Assembly (NCBI RefSeq): GCF_007748075.1
Contig: NZ_CP036280.1
Location: 3,270,001 to 3,302,000, forward strand
Length of the DNA stretch: 32,000 nucleotides
Direction of reading: 5' to 3'
From: Mucisphaera calidilacus
Lineage (GTDB): Bacteria; Planctomycetota; Phycisphaerae; Phycisphaerales; Phycisphaeraceae
Below are positions 10,618 to 20,014 of the stretch, piece by piece. Both the position numbers and the translations under genes were made by a program. The notes under the pieces are model-generated. The model did no database searches. It was not told the origin of the DNA and saw only the letters and a list, made by a program, of their open reading frames with translations. Every line of letters starts with the position of its first letter. The first letter of the stretch is position 1.

Positions 10618-12705
10618 CTGGCACAACTCGGTTCCCTGTTCCTCGCCCCCGCCTTCGCCGCAGCGGGAGCGCTGGCGGTCGCGGTTCCGATCGCCATCCA
10701 CCTGCTCCGGCGACAGCAACGACGCCGCGTCCCCTGGGGCGCCATGCGCTTCCTCGAACAGGCCGTGCTGCAGGAACGACGCAAACTCCTCATCGCCAAC
10801 TGGCTCCTGCTCGCACTCCGATGCCTCCTGCTCATCCTCCTCGGCCTGGCGCTCGCTCAGCCCGTCCTCGGCGACTTTCTCTGGCCGCAACGCCGACACG
10901 TCCAGCTGCTGATCGACAACGGCATCACCTCCGCCGCACGCTCCGACAACGACACGACGCGACTCGACACCCTCCGCGCCGAAGCCGTCACCATCCTCGA
11001 CACCCTCTCCGACAACGACCAACTCACCCTCGTCCCCCTCGCCGCCAGAGCAGAGCCCCAGACCTTTCAACTCAAGAGCCAACGCGGCGAGGCCCGCGCC
11101 GCCCTCGACAACCTCACCACCCACCACACCGCCACCACGCCCGCCCGCCGCATCAACCAACTCCGAGCCGAACCCCACGATCCCGGTCGGTCCACCATCG
11201 CCATCCTCCTCTCCGACCTCGCCGAAGCCGACCAGCGTTGGAAAACCCCCACCCAGACGCTCGAGAACGACAACACCCACTGGCTCGTGCGCACGCCCGA
11301 ACCCGACCGCACCCACAACCAGGTCCGCTCCCTCACCCTGCCCCGTCCTGTGATCGTGCCAGAACGACAGGGCCGCGTCCTGACCATCCCCCTCGTTGCC
11401 GAACTCACACGCCGCCATCCCGAACCCCCCGCAGCCACGCACACCCTCACCCTCACGATCCGTGACGGCGCCGGTGAAACCCTGCACAGCATGACCACCA
11501 GCGCACGCTTCGAGAACGGTCAGCAGCAACAAACCCTCCGACGACTCCTCACCCTCCCGACCACGACGCTCCTCCCCGACAGCCTTGATGCCGCACGCCT
11601 CATCATCGAGCTGACCTGGGCCCCCGACACCGACACGCTCCCCGTGGATAACACGGCCCGCACCACCCTCGAGATCCGACGCAGCGGCATCACCCTCATC
11701 CAGCACGACAACCAGCCCGGGCTCACCGCCGCACGCTGGCTCGCGCTCGCCCTCAACCCCGACGACAACCCCGACGCCGACCTCCAGCGAATCCTCACGC
11801 AGAACATCAACCCCGACGCGCTCGACGACGCCGACCTGCTCATCCTCACCGCGCCAGCCACCCTCTCCACGCCCCAGGCCAACCGCATTCGCGACTGGGT
11901 CCGACGCGGCAACACCGCACTGCTCCTCCCGCCCGACACCCGCACGCCACCCGCCGACTGGCATCAGTCCCTCGGCATCGAGCAGCCGCCTTTCAACGGC
12001 CTCCAGACCCTCCCCGAAGACAACCCCGCCACACTCGATACCGCGCTGGGCAATGACACGATCCTCGCATCCCTCGCCGCCGAATGGCCCACCCTCGCCC
12101 GCTCGGTACGCATCTTCACCTACCGAACCATCACACACCCCGATGCCCGTTCGATCGTCAACCTCAACACCACCGACAACAACCACCCCTGGCTCGCCGC
12201 ACTGCCCGAGGGCAAGGGCCGCTGGCTGCTCATCGCCACACGCCACGAACCCGACTGGACCAGCCTGCCCGTCAAGCCCCTGGCCCTCCCCCTCGTTCAG
12301 ACCCTCGTCCGCGACCTGCTGCCCGCTCGCAACCCCGCCGCCGTCATCACCGCCGGCCAACCGACCGACACCACCAACTGGATCGACCCCGACAACCCCG
12401 ACGCCGACGCCCGCCAACACGCCGGTCGATACCACGACTCCGCCGCGAACGATCGCTGGCTGATCGTCGAACCCGACACCAACGCCGCCGACCTCACAGC
12501 CGCCCGACGCGACACCATCACCGCCTTCCTCGGACCCGCCGCCGACACCACCTTCGTCAACCCCGAGACCTGGGCACAGGCCCTCGACGACACTCAGCCC
12601 CGAGCCGCCGCCGGCCGCTCCGTCCTCTGGATCGCCCTGATGATCCTCCTCAGCGAACTCGCGGTCGCACGATGGTCCTCCACCGGAGAACGACGATGGT
12701 GGTGA
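10618..12705 (+). CDS. BatA-like protein (N-terminal double-TM aerotolerance-regulator domain, degenerate vWA-like region)
   Basis: BatA_N-type sequence LFLAPAFAAAGALAVAVPIAIHLLRRQQRRRVPWGAMRFLEQAVLQERRKLLIANWLLLALRCLLLILLGLALAQP. The first ATG/GTG/TTG in this frame is at 10744, which lies inside the domain. The true start is therefore upstream and uncertain; CTG at 10618 is used here as a placeholder (see finding). The C-terminus has a TM anchor (LWIALMILLSELAVARW). Confidence 0.65.
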   Translation: MAQLGSLFLAPAFAAAGALAVAVPIAIHLLRRQQRRRVPWGAMRFLEQAVLQERRKLLIANWLLLALRCLLLILLGLALAQPVLGDFLWPQRRHVQLLIDNGITSAARSDNDTTRLDTLRAEAVTILDTLSDNDQLTLVPLAARAEPQTFQLKSQRGEARAALDNLTTHHTATTPARRINQLRAEPHDPGRSTIAILLSDLAEADQRWKTPTQTLENDNTHWLVRTPEPDRTHNQVRSLTLPRPVIVPERQGRVLTIPLVAELTRRHPEPPAATHTLTLTIRDGAGETLHSMTTSARFENGQQQQTLRRLLTLPTTTLLPDSLDAARLIIELTWAPDTDTLPVDNTARTTLEIRRSGITLIQHDNQPGLTAARWLALALNPDDNPDADLQRILTQNINPDALDDADLLILTAPATLSTPQANRIRDWVRRGNTALLLPPDTRTPPADWHQSLGIEQPPFNGLQTLPEDNPATLDTALGNDTILASLAAEWPTLARSVRIFTYRTITHPDARSIVNLNTTDNNHPWLAALPEGKGRWLLIATRHEPDWTSLPVKPLALPLVQTLVRDLLPARNPAAVITAGQPTDTTNWIDPDNPDADARQHAGRYHDSAANDRWLIVEPDTNAADLTAARRDTITAFLGPAADTTFVNPETWAQALDDTQPRAAAGRSVLWIALMILLSELAVARWSSTGERRWW

Positions 12706-14897
12706 CCCTCGCCCAGTCCGCGCGTTGGACCATCGGCTGGCAGGCCGACATCCCCGCCTGGGGATGGGTTCTCGTCATCCTGCTGATCACCGCCGTCGTC
12801 GCCTGGGCCTACACCCGACTCAACGGGCCGCCCCGGGCTCGCGCCGCCGCCGCCACCTGCCGCGTCCTCGCACTCCTGCTCATCGCGCTCCTCCTCGCAG
12901 GACCCGAACTCATCTGGAGCATCGACCGCACCGAACCCGATCGTGTCGAAATCCTCATCGACCGCTCACTCTCCATGACCCTCTCCGACACCCGCCGCGA
13001 TCTCGACGGACAGAACCTCACCCGCGATCAGGCCGCCCGGCAGGCACTCGCCGAACTCGACCAGTGGGTCCTCACACGCCCGGACGGAACCGAGTCGAGA
13101 AACCGCAACACCGCCTGGTCCGCCTTCAGCGACAGCATCCACACCATCGAACCGCGGCCCGACACCTGGCCCGAACCCACCGGACGCTCCACACGCATCG
13201 TCAACGCACTCCGCCAAACCCTCAATCGCAACAATCAGGAAACCCTTGCCGGCTGGGTCATCGTCACCGACGGACGTTCCGACAAGGCCCTCCCGCCCGA
13301 ACTCCTCGAACAACTCGAACAGCAGGCCACCCCCATCCATGCCGTGATCCTTGGCGGCGCCTCCACCATCACCGACGTCGCCATCGTCGACGTTCAGGCA
13401 CCCGACGCCGTCTTCCTGGGCGACCGCGTGCCCGTCCGCGTGACCCTCGAGGGGAACACCGAGAGCCAACCCACACAGGTCCGGCTCATCGACAAGAACA
13501 CCGGCAACACCCTCGCGCAGGCCACCACCTCCCAAACCACCGCGCGACTCGCCGCGCGACCCGAAGAGCCCGGCGACCAGACATGGGTCGTTCAGATCAC
13601 CACCGACAACGATCAGGTCCCGCAGAACAACCGACGCGAGATCACCCTCCGCGTCGTTGACCGCCCCGTCCGCGTTCTGCTCGTTGACGGCTACCCGCGT
13701 TGGGAATTCCGCTTCCTCAAGAACCTCCTGCTCCGCGAACAATCCGTCGAACTCAGCAGCCTCCTGCTCTCCGCCGACCGCGGGTTCGCGCAGGAAGGCG
13801 ACCGCCCCATCCAGCGACTGCCCGAAGAACAGGCCGAACTCGAACCCTACGACCTCATCATCCTTGGCGACATCCCCCCGGCCTTCCTCAGCGACCGGCA
13901 GAACCAACTCATCCTCGAACACGTGGGCAAACGCGGAGCGGGTCTCATCTGGCTCGGCGGCCCCGAGCACACGCCCGCCAGCTTCGCCGACACCCCGCTC
14001 ACACCCCTCCTGCCCACCCTCGACCCCGCCGCCATCACCCAACGCTCCGTCGCCGACACACCCTTCGTCATCCACACCGCTCCCGCCGCCGAAACCCTCG
14101 GCCTCCTCGAGCCCCAGGCCCTCGAAACACGACGCGGCATGGTCTGGATCCAGGCACTCACGCAACTCAAACCCACCGCCGAGCCGCTCCTGCTCGCGCA
14201 CCATCCCGACGACGCCGAACCACTCCCCGCCGTCGTCTGGATGCGCTACGGAGCCGGACAGGTCCTCTATCTCGCCACCGACGAGTGGTGGCGCTGGCGC
14301 TACGCCCAAGGCGAAACGCCCTACAGCCGCTTCTGGCTCCCCCTCGTCCGCCTTGCCGTCCGCGACCGCCTCGACCGGGCACGCGACAACCAGCCCACCC
14401 TCACCGTTAACCCCGCCGTCGCACGCGTCGGACAAACCGTCATCATCCGCTACGACGGCCCCAGCGACGCCACCCCACGCATTACCCTCGAGCCGAGAAC
14501 CAGCAACGCACCAAGGCAGACACGCGACCTCCTGCCCGACGCCGACGGGCCCTTCCTCCGCTGGAGCCTCCCCTTCCTCGCAGGAACGCCCGGCACCTGG
14601 GACATCCGAACCGAGAACGATGGGCCCGCCACCCAACTCACCGTCCTCGACGACTCGCCCGAGTTTCGGCACACCCAGCCCGACCGCCAACGACTGCTCA
14701 CCCTCACGCAACGCACCGGCGGGCAGCTCTACGACCTCGACGACGCGTCACGCATCGCCGGCGCGATCCCCTCCCGCGCAAGAACCATCGTCGAGGAAAC
14801 ACGCAAACCGATCTGGAGCTCATGGCCGATTTTTCTGGCCATCCTCACCCTCCTCACCGCAGAATGGATCACACGAAGATGGGCGGGGCTGAGCTGA
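12696..14897 (+). CDS. membrane-anchored vWA-domain protein (double N-terminal TM, C-terminal TM anchor)
   Basis: N-terminal TMs (WGWVLVILLITAVVAWAY; VLALLLIALLLAGPEL), MIDAS DxSxS (ILIDRSLSM) and WVIVTDGRSD. The later block VLLVDGYPRWEFRFLKNLL is typical of BatA-operon partners. C-terminal anchor IWSSWPIFLAILTLLTAEWITRRWAGLS. The start is ATG 12696 (or 12672, or GTG 12702) and overlaps the upstream stop at 12703-12705. The ORF-track start at 12084 lies inside the upstream gene. Confidence 0.65.
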   Translation: MVVTLAQSARWTIGWQADIPAWGWVLVILLITAVVAWAYTRLNGPPRARAAAATCRVLALLLIALLLAGPELIWSIDRTEPDRVEILIDRSLSMTLSDTRRDLDGQNLTRDQAARQALAELDQWVLTRPDGTESRNRNTAWSAFSDSIHTIEPRPDTWPEPTGRSTRIVNALRQTLNRNNQETLAGWVIVTDGRSDKALPPELLEQLEQQATPIHAVILGGASTITDVAIVDVQAPDAVFLGDRVPVRVTLEGNTESQPTQVRLIDKNTGNTLAQATTSQTTARLAARPEEPGDQTWVVQITTDNDQVPQNNRREITLRVVDRPVRVLLVDGYPRWEFRFLKNLLLREQSVELSSLLLSADRGFAQEGDRPIQRLPEEQAELEPYDLIILGDIPPAFLSDRQNQLILEHVGKRGAGLIWLGGPEHTPASFADTPLTPLLPTLDPAAITQRSVADTPFVIHTAPAAETLGLLEPQALETRRGMVWIQALTQLKPTAEPLLLAHHPDDAEPLPAVVWMRYGAGQVLYLATDEWWRWRYAQGETPYSRFWLPLVRLAVRDRLDRARDNQPTLTVNPAVARVGQTVIIRYDGPSDATPRITLEPRTSNAPRQTRDLLPDADGPFLRWSLPFLAGTPGTWDIRTENDGPATQLTVLDDSPEFRHTQPDRQRLLTLTQRTGGQLYDLDDASRIAGAIPSRARTIVEETRKPIWSSWPIFLAILTLLTAEWITRRWAGLS

Positions 14898-14898
14898 C

Positions 14899-17800
14899 AT
14901 GACACACGACACCCTCAACCACATCCGCGCCCTGCACGCGCAGGCAACCCGCGCCGCCGTCGCCATCCACGCCCTTCGCGCCGCCACGTGCACGGCAGCA
15001 ACCCTCCTGATCCTCGCCGCAATTGACTTCGTCCTCCGCCTCCCCGCGCCGCTCCGGCTCATTATTACGCTCACCCTTCTCGTGCTCGCGTTCCGCGCGC
15101 TCTACCGCCTCGCCGCACCCCGCAACTGGAAAACGCCGCTCGTCCGATTCGCCCTCGCCATCGAGAAGCAGCGTCCCCAGCTCCACGGCCGACTCGCTTC
15201 CGCCGTTGAACTCGCGCAGACGACACCACCCGAACACGAAGCCACCAGCCCCGCCGCCGCGGCCCTTCACGCCGACGCCCTCCGACAACTCAACCAGCTG
15301 CCCGTCCGCGACCTCACCGCCGGCATCATCAACCCCCGACCGCTTCGGCAATGGGCCGCCATCACCGCCACCCTCGCCCTCGTCTGGGCCAGCTTCGCCC
15401 TCGTCGCCCCGGGCTTCGCCGCCGCCGCCGCCGGCCGATGGGTGCTCCCCTGGGCCGCCGGCCCCTGGCCCACCCTCGTCACCCTCAACGTCATCGACGC
15501 CCGGACCGTCCGACCCCTCCGCAGCCCGCTTCACATCGCCGTTGAAACACCTAACTCCTCCGCCGACCGACGCGTCCTTCTCCAGGCACACTGGCACGTC
15601 GGAGACCACACCTTTGAAACACACGACCAGGTCGTGATGAACCACGCCGCCAACGACCCCGACGCGCCCGCACGCTTCGAGGCATGGCTGCAGCCGCCCG
15701 CGGAACTCATCCGACACCTCGAAACCGCCACCGCGGGCACAGCACACGCCACCGTCTTCCTCGAATCCGGTTGGGACACCTACCCGCCCGTCAGCATCCC
15801 CCTCGCCCCGCGGCCACGCATCACCAGCACCACCGCCACCATCACGCCTCCCGACTACGCCCGCCCCCCCCTCGAGCCCAACACCGAAACCCTCAATCTC
15901 GATCAGGCCGACGCCACCCTCACCTCGATCCCAGGCAGCACCATCGACATCAGCCTCAAGCTCTCCAGGACCATCAACCCCCAGTTCACCACGATCACAG
16001 CCGCAGGCGACACCGACGACACCCTCACACTCAACACCACGCTCACCGACAACACCATCCAACTCACCCTCTCCCAACCGCACGAGCCTCTCACCCTCAC
16101 CGTCAATGCCCGCAGCAACGACGGACTCAGCCTGCCCCGGCCGCCAAGCATCAGCCTCGAACCTCGCCCCGACCGACAACCCACCGTCCGACTGCTCAGG
16201 CCCGCCGCCGACGAACGCGTTCTCCCCAACGCCGTGGTCTCGCTCCACGCCACCGCCGCCGACGACATCGCCGTCGCCGATATCGCCCTCATGGCCACGC
16301 TCGGCGACAACACCCTGCCCATCACCGACAACAAGGGCCCCGCGCCCACCCTCGAACTCACCATCGACTGGCCCCTCGAAACCCTTGGTCTCACGCCGGG
16401 CGACACCCTCACCGTCACCGCCGCCGCCAACGACACCTACCGGCTCCACGGCGAAACCCACCCCACCGCCTACAGCACCGGCCGAACCATCATCATCGTC
16501 GACGAGCAGCAACTCGCCCGACAGCTCCAGCAGGACATCAACCTCATCGACCGACGCATCGCCCGCGCCCTCGCCGAGCAGCGACGACTCCAGGCCGAAG
16601 ACCTCGACACCGCCACACCCGGGCAGCAACGCCTCGCCGAACGCCTTGCCGAACTCGCCGAAGACGCCCGACAACTCCGCAACCGCGCCGAGCGCAACCG
16701 CCTCAGCGACGAAGCCCTCAACCAGCTCATGGATCAGCTCGCCGAGGGACTCGACAACGCCGCTCGCGCCGCCGACCGCGCCCACGAGCAACTCGAGCAG
16801 GCCGAGAACGAAACCGACAGCAACGCCCAGCAGGGACGCGAGGCACAGGCCGAAACCGCCGCCCAGCTTCAGGCCCTCCGGGAACAACTCGACGACACCT
16901 CCGCCGCCATGCAGGCCGTCGAGGACGCCCGAGCGATCGCACGCAGGCAGCAGGAACTCGCCGATCAATCCGCCAGGCTCCTGCCCCAGACCCTCGGCCG
17001 ACGACCCGAAGACCTCCCCGACGACCTCCGACAGCAACTCGAACAGCTCAAGGCCCAACAGGACGCGCTCGCAGAACAAACCCAACGCGCCGCCGATCAG
17101 TGGCGCGAGCAGGCACGTCAACTCGCCAACGAGAGCGACAGCCAACGCGCCCAGGACCTCGCCGAAGCACTCCGACAAGCCGCCGAGGCCCTCGAAGCCG
17201 GGCAGATCCCCCAACAGATGAATCAGGCCTCCGCACAGGTCCAGGGCAACCGACTCGCCAACGCCAACGCCCAGCAGCAGCAGATCGCCCGGCAGCTCCA
17301 GCAGATCGCCGAGCAACTCGAACAGAACACCACCGACAGCCAACAGCAACAGGACCTGCTCGCGGCCATCGTCGACGAACTCAACCGACTCCTCGAAGAA
17401 CAGACCATCCTCCGCGACAACACCAGCCTCGCCGACGAACGCGAACTCAGCGGACTCGTCACGCCCCAGCGGACCCTGCGGCTCCAGACACTCGCCGCGC
17501 TCGAACAGGTCGAACAACTCGCCAACCAGCCCGCCGCCGAGTCAGGCGTCCGCGACGCCACCGTCAGCCAGGCCACCGCCGTCACCGCGCTCCGCAACAG
17601 CCGACAGACCCCCGGCCTCGAGGCGCAGACCGCCGCCGCCGAGGCCCTGCGCTCCGCCATCGAAACCCTCCAGCAGCAGCTCCGGCAAGACCTCGCCGAG
17701 TCCGTCGAACGACAGCGACGCGAACTCCAGAAGGCCTACCGCGCCCTCGCCCAGCAGCAACGCGAACTCCGCCAGAGCGTCCTCACCGTCCGCGAACAGC

Positions 17801-18342
17801 GACCCGTCACCCGACGACGCATCACCCTCGCTGGCATCGCCGACCAGCAATGGGATCACCGCAACGACACCCTCGAACTCCAGGACAGGATCGCCGAGGC
17901 CTCCGTCTTCAACGCCATGCACCTCCGCCTCGACGAACTCGGACAACGCATCACCCGCCAACTCCGCGCCGGCTACGCGCAGAACGACCTCACCCGCAGC
18001 CAGAACGAGATCGCCACCACACTCGACATCATGGCCGACGCCCTCGACCAGCCCGCACCACCGCCGCCCGACGAGAACGCCGACAACAGCCCCGCCGGAC
18101 AGGGCGGCCAGGGACAACCCCAGCAGCCGCCCCTCGTGCCCGACCTCGCCGAACTTCAGCTCCTCCGAGGCGTGCAGGCACAACTCCTCGCGCAGACACG
18201 AGCCCTCGAAGAACAGGCCGGCACACAGCCCACCGCCGAGCAACGCGACGCCATCCAGACACTCGCCATCCGACAACGCGAACTCGCCCACTACGGCCAG
18301 CAGATGCTCCGAAAACAGCAGGACCGGAACAACCAGCCATGA
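14899..18342 (+). CDS. large membrane-anchored coiled-coil protein (DUF4175-like), hypothetical
   Basis: 1147 aa. N-terminal TM pair (ATLLILAAIDFVLRL; LIITLTLLVLAFRAL), a central beta-rich region, then about 600 aa of A/Q/E/L/R-rich predicted coiled coil ending in a P/Q-rich patch. It starts 1 nt after the upstream stop. Codon bias matches its neighbours, whereas the long antisense ORF (14869-17517) is G/V/E-rich shadow sequence. Confidence 0.6.
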   Translation: MTHDTLNHIRALHAQATRAAVAIHALRAATCTAATLLILAAIDFVLRLPAPLRLIITLTLLVLAFRALYRLAAPRNWKTPLVRFALAIEKQRPQLHGRLASAVELAQTTPPEHEATSPAAAALHADALRQLNQLPVRDLTAGIINPRPLRQWAAITATLALVWASFALVAPGFAAAAAGRWVLPWAAGPWPTLVTLNVIDARTVRPLRSPLHIAVETPNSSADRRVLLQAHWHVGDHTFETHDQVVMNHAANDPDAPARFEAWLQPPAELIRHLETATAGTAHATVFLESGWDTYPPVSIPLAPRPRITSTTATITPPDYARPPLEPNTETLNLDQADATLTSIPGSTIDISLKLSRTINPQFTTITAAGDTDDTLTLNTTLTDNTIQLTLSQPHEPLTLTVNARSNDGLSLPRPPSISLEPRPDRQPTVRLLRPAADERVLPNAVVSLHATAADDIAVADIALMATLGDNTLPITDNKGPAPTLELTIDWPLETLGLTPGDTLTVTAAANDTYRLHGETHPTAYSTGRTIIIVDEQQLARQLQQDINLIDRRIARALAEQRRLQAEDLDTATPGQQRLAERLAELAEDARQLRNRAERNRLSDEALNQLMDQLAEGLDNAARAADRAHEQLEQAENETDSNAQQGREAQAETAAQLQALREQLDDTSAAMQAVEDARAIARRQQELADQSARLLPQTLGRRPEDLPDDLRQQLEQLKAQQDALAEQTQRAADQWREQARQLANESDSQRAQDLAEALRQAAEALEAGQIPQQMNQASAQVQGNRLANANAQQQQIARQLQQIAEQLEQNTTDSQQQQDLLAAIVDELNRLLEEQTILRDNTSLADERELSGLVTPQRTLRLQTLAALEQVEQLANQPAAESGVRDATVSQATAVTALRNSRQTPGLEAQTAAAEALRSAIETLQQQLRQDLAESVERQRRELQKAYRALAQQQRELRQSVLTVREQRPVTRRRITLAGIADQQWDHRNDTLELQDRIAEASVFNAMHLRLDELGQRITRQLRAGYAQNDLTRSQNEIATTLDIMADALDQPAPPPPDENADNSPAGQGGQGQPQQPPLVPDLAELQLLRGVQAQLLAQTRALEEQAGTQPTAEQRDAIQTLAIRQRELAHYGQQMLRKQQDRNNQP

Positions 18343-19001
18343 AACGCACCGCCCTCGCCACCATCCTCGTCACCGCGGCCGCTGCAAACGCCGCCAACAC
18401 CGCGCCGCCAACGCTCGACGACCTCCTCGGCGAACCCGACCCACCCGCCGCACAGCCCGATACCACCCAACCCGCCGCACCCGAAAACCTCGAGGACGCC
18501 ATCCAACCCGAGTCTGTCGCCGAGCTCTTTCAGAACGCCCTCTACGACATGGACATGGCCGCGCGTCGACTCGGACGACAAAGCGACACCAGCTCCAAAA
18601 CCCAAACCCTCCAGCAGGACATCATCGACAAGCTCGACGAGCTCATCCAGCAGGCACAAAGCTCCTCCTCGTCATCCAGCCAGCAGCAACAGCAGCCTGC
18701 CCCGCGCCCCGCCGAGCAAGCCCGGCCCGTCCCCGGACAGCCACAGCCCGCCGCCGGCCAACCCCAACCCGCAGCAACCACCGAGCCTCAGGATCCCGGA
18801 ACCACCTCCGGCACCGTCGGGCCCGTCGTCGATACCAGCAAGCCCATCGAAGAGCTACGCCGCGAATGGGGCAACCTCCCGCCGCGACTCCGACGCGAAC
18901 TCTCCGAGAGCCTCAGCGAACCCTTCAGCCCCAGCCACCGCAACCAGACCGAGGCCTACTTCCGGACACTCGCCGACTTCGAGAACCAGACCACGCCATG
19001 A
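18339..19001 (+). CDS. small secreted P/Q/S-rich protein, hypothetical
   Basis: ATG at 18339 overlaps the upstream stop (ATGA). Signal peptide MKRTALATILVTAAAANAANT. Low-complexity SSSSSSSQQQQQPAPRP...GQPQPAAGQPQP region. Conserved-looking C-terminus REWGNLPPRLRRELSESLSEPFSPSHRNQTEAYFRTLA. Confidence 0.55.
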   Translation: MKRTALATILVTAAAANAANTAPPTLDDLLGEPDPPAAQPDTTQPAAPENLEDAIQPESVAELFQNALYDMDMAARRLGRQSDTSSKTQTLQQDIIDKLDELIQQAQSSSSSSSQQQQQPAPRPAEQARPVPGQPQPAAGQPQPAATTEPQDPGTTSGTVGPVVDTSKPIEELRREWGNLPPRLRRELSESLSEPFSPSHRNQTEAYFRTLADFENQTTP

Positions 19002-20014
19002 GACACACCCTCTCCCTCATCCTCATCAGCCTCCTCAGCCTCGCCCCGGCGACCCGTGCTCAAGACGACAACACCCTCGTCGAGATCACGCCCGAGGCCC
19101 GCGCCGCCATCGAACGCGGACTCGCCTTCCTCGCCAAAACCCAGAACGACGACGGGAACTTCGGCGGCGAACGCTACGGCAAGCACGTCGGCATCACCTC
19201 GCTCGCCTGCCTCGCCTTCATGGCCGACGGACACATGCCCGACCGCGGACCCCACGGCCAAACCCTCAGCAAAGGCCTCGCCTTCGTCATCAACTCCAGC
19301 TCCGACGCCGGCCTCCTCGCCGCCGCCAACACCTCGCACGGACCCATGTACGGCCACGGCTTCGCCACGCTCTTCCTCGGCGAGGTCTACGGCATGACAC
19401 CCAACCGCGACACACGACGTACCCTCCAGAAAGCCGTTCGGCTCATCGTCGCCAGCCAGAACCACCAGGGCGGCTGGCGCTACCAGCCCGTCCCCGCCGA
19501 CGCCGACATCTCCGTCACCATCTGCCAGATCATGGCGCTCCGGTCCGCACGCAACGCCGGGCTCTCCGTCCCCAAAAACACCATCGACCGTGCCGTCGAA
19601 TATGTCCGCAACTGCCAGAACCCCGACGACGGCGGCTTCCGCTACATGATCGGCTCCGGCGGATCCGCCTTCCCACGGTCCGCCGCCGGACTCGCCTCCC
19701 TCTACTACGCCGGCATCTACGAGGGCGACGAGGTCGCGTCCGCACTCGCCTACCTCGAACGTCAACGACCCGGCACGCCACAGGCCTCCCGAGGCGGCTA
19801 TTACTACTACGGGCACTACTACGCAGCGCAGGCCATGTTCCTCGCCGGAGGCGAACACTGGAAACAGTGGTACCCCGCCATCCGCGAAGAACTCCTCGCA
19901 CGGCAACAACCCGACGGCAGCTGGAACGGCAATCACGGCACCACCTACTCCACCGCCATGTCGCTCATCATCCTCCAGATGCCCAACCGACTCCTGCCCA
20001 TCTTCGAACGATGA
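18998..20014 (+). CDS. secreted prenyltransferase/squalene-cyclase-repeat (alpha/alpha-toroid) protein
   Basis: ATG at 18998 overlaps the upstream stop (ATGA). Signal peptide MRHTLSLILISLLSLAPATRAQ. Four Q-x-x-D/G-G-(F/W) repeats (QNDDGNFGG, QNHQGGWRYQ, QNPDDGGFRY, QQPDGSWNG), characteristic of the terpenoid cyclase/prenyltransferase beta-subunit fold. Confidence 0.7.
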   Translation: MRHTLSLILISLLSLAPATRAQDDNTLVEITPEARAAIERGLAFLAKTQNDDGNFGGERYGKHVGITSLACLAFMADGHMPDRGPHGQTLSKGLAFVINSSSDAGLLAAANTSHGPMYGHGFATLFLGEVYGMTPNRDTRRTLQKAVRLIVASQNHQGGWRYQPVPADADISVTICQIMALRSARNAGLSVPKNTIDRAVEYVRNCQNPDDGGFRYMIGSGGSAFPRSAAGLASLYYAGIYEGDEVASALAYLERQRPGTPQASRGGYYYYGHYYAAQAMFLAGGEHWKQWYPAIREELLARQQPDGSWNGNHGTTYSTAMSLIILQMPNRLLPIFER

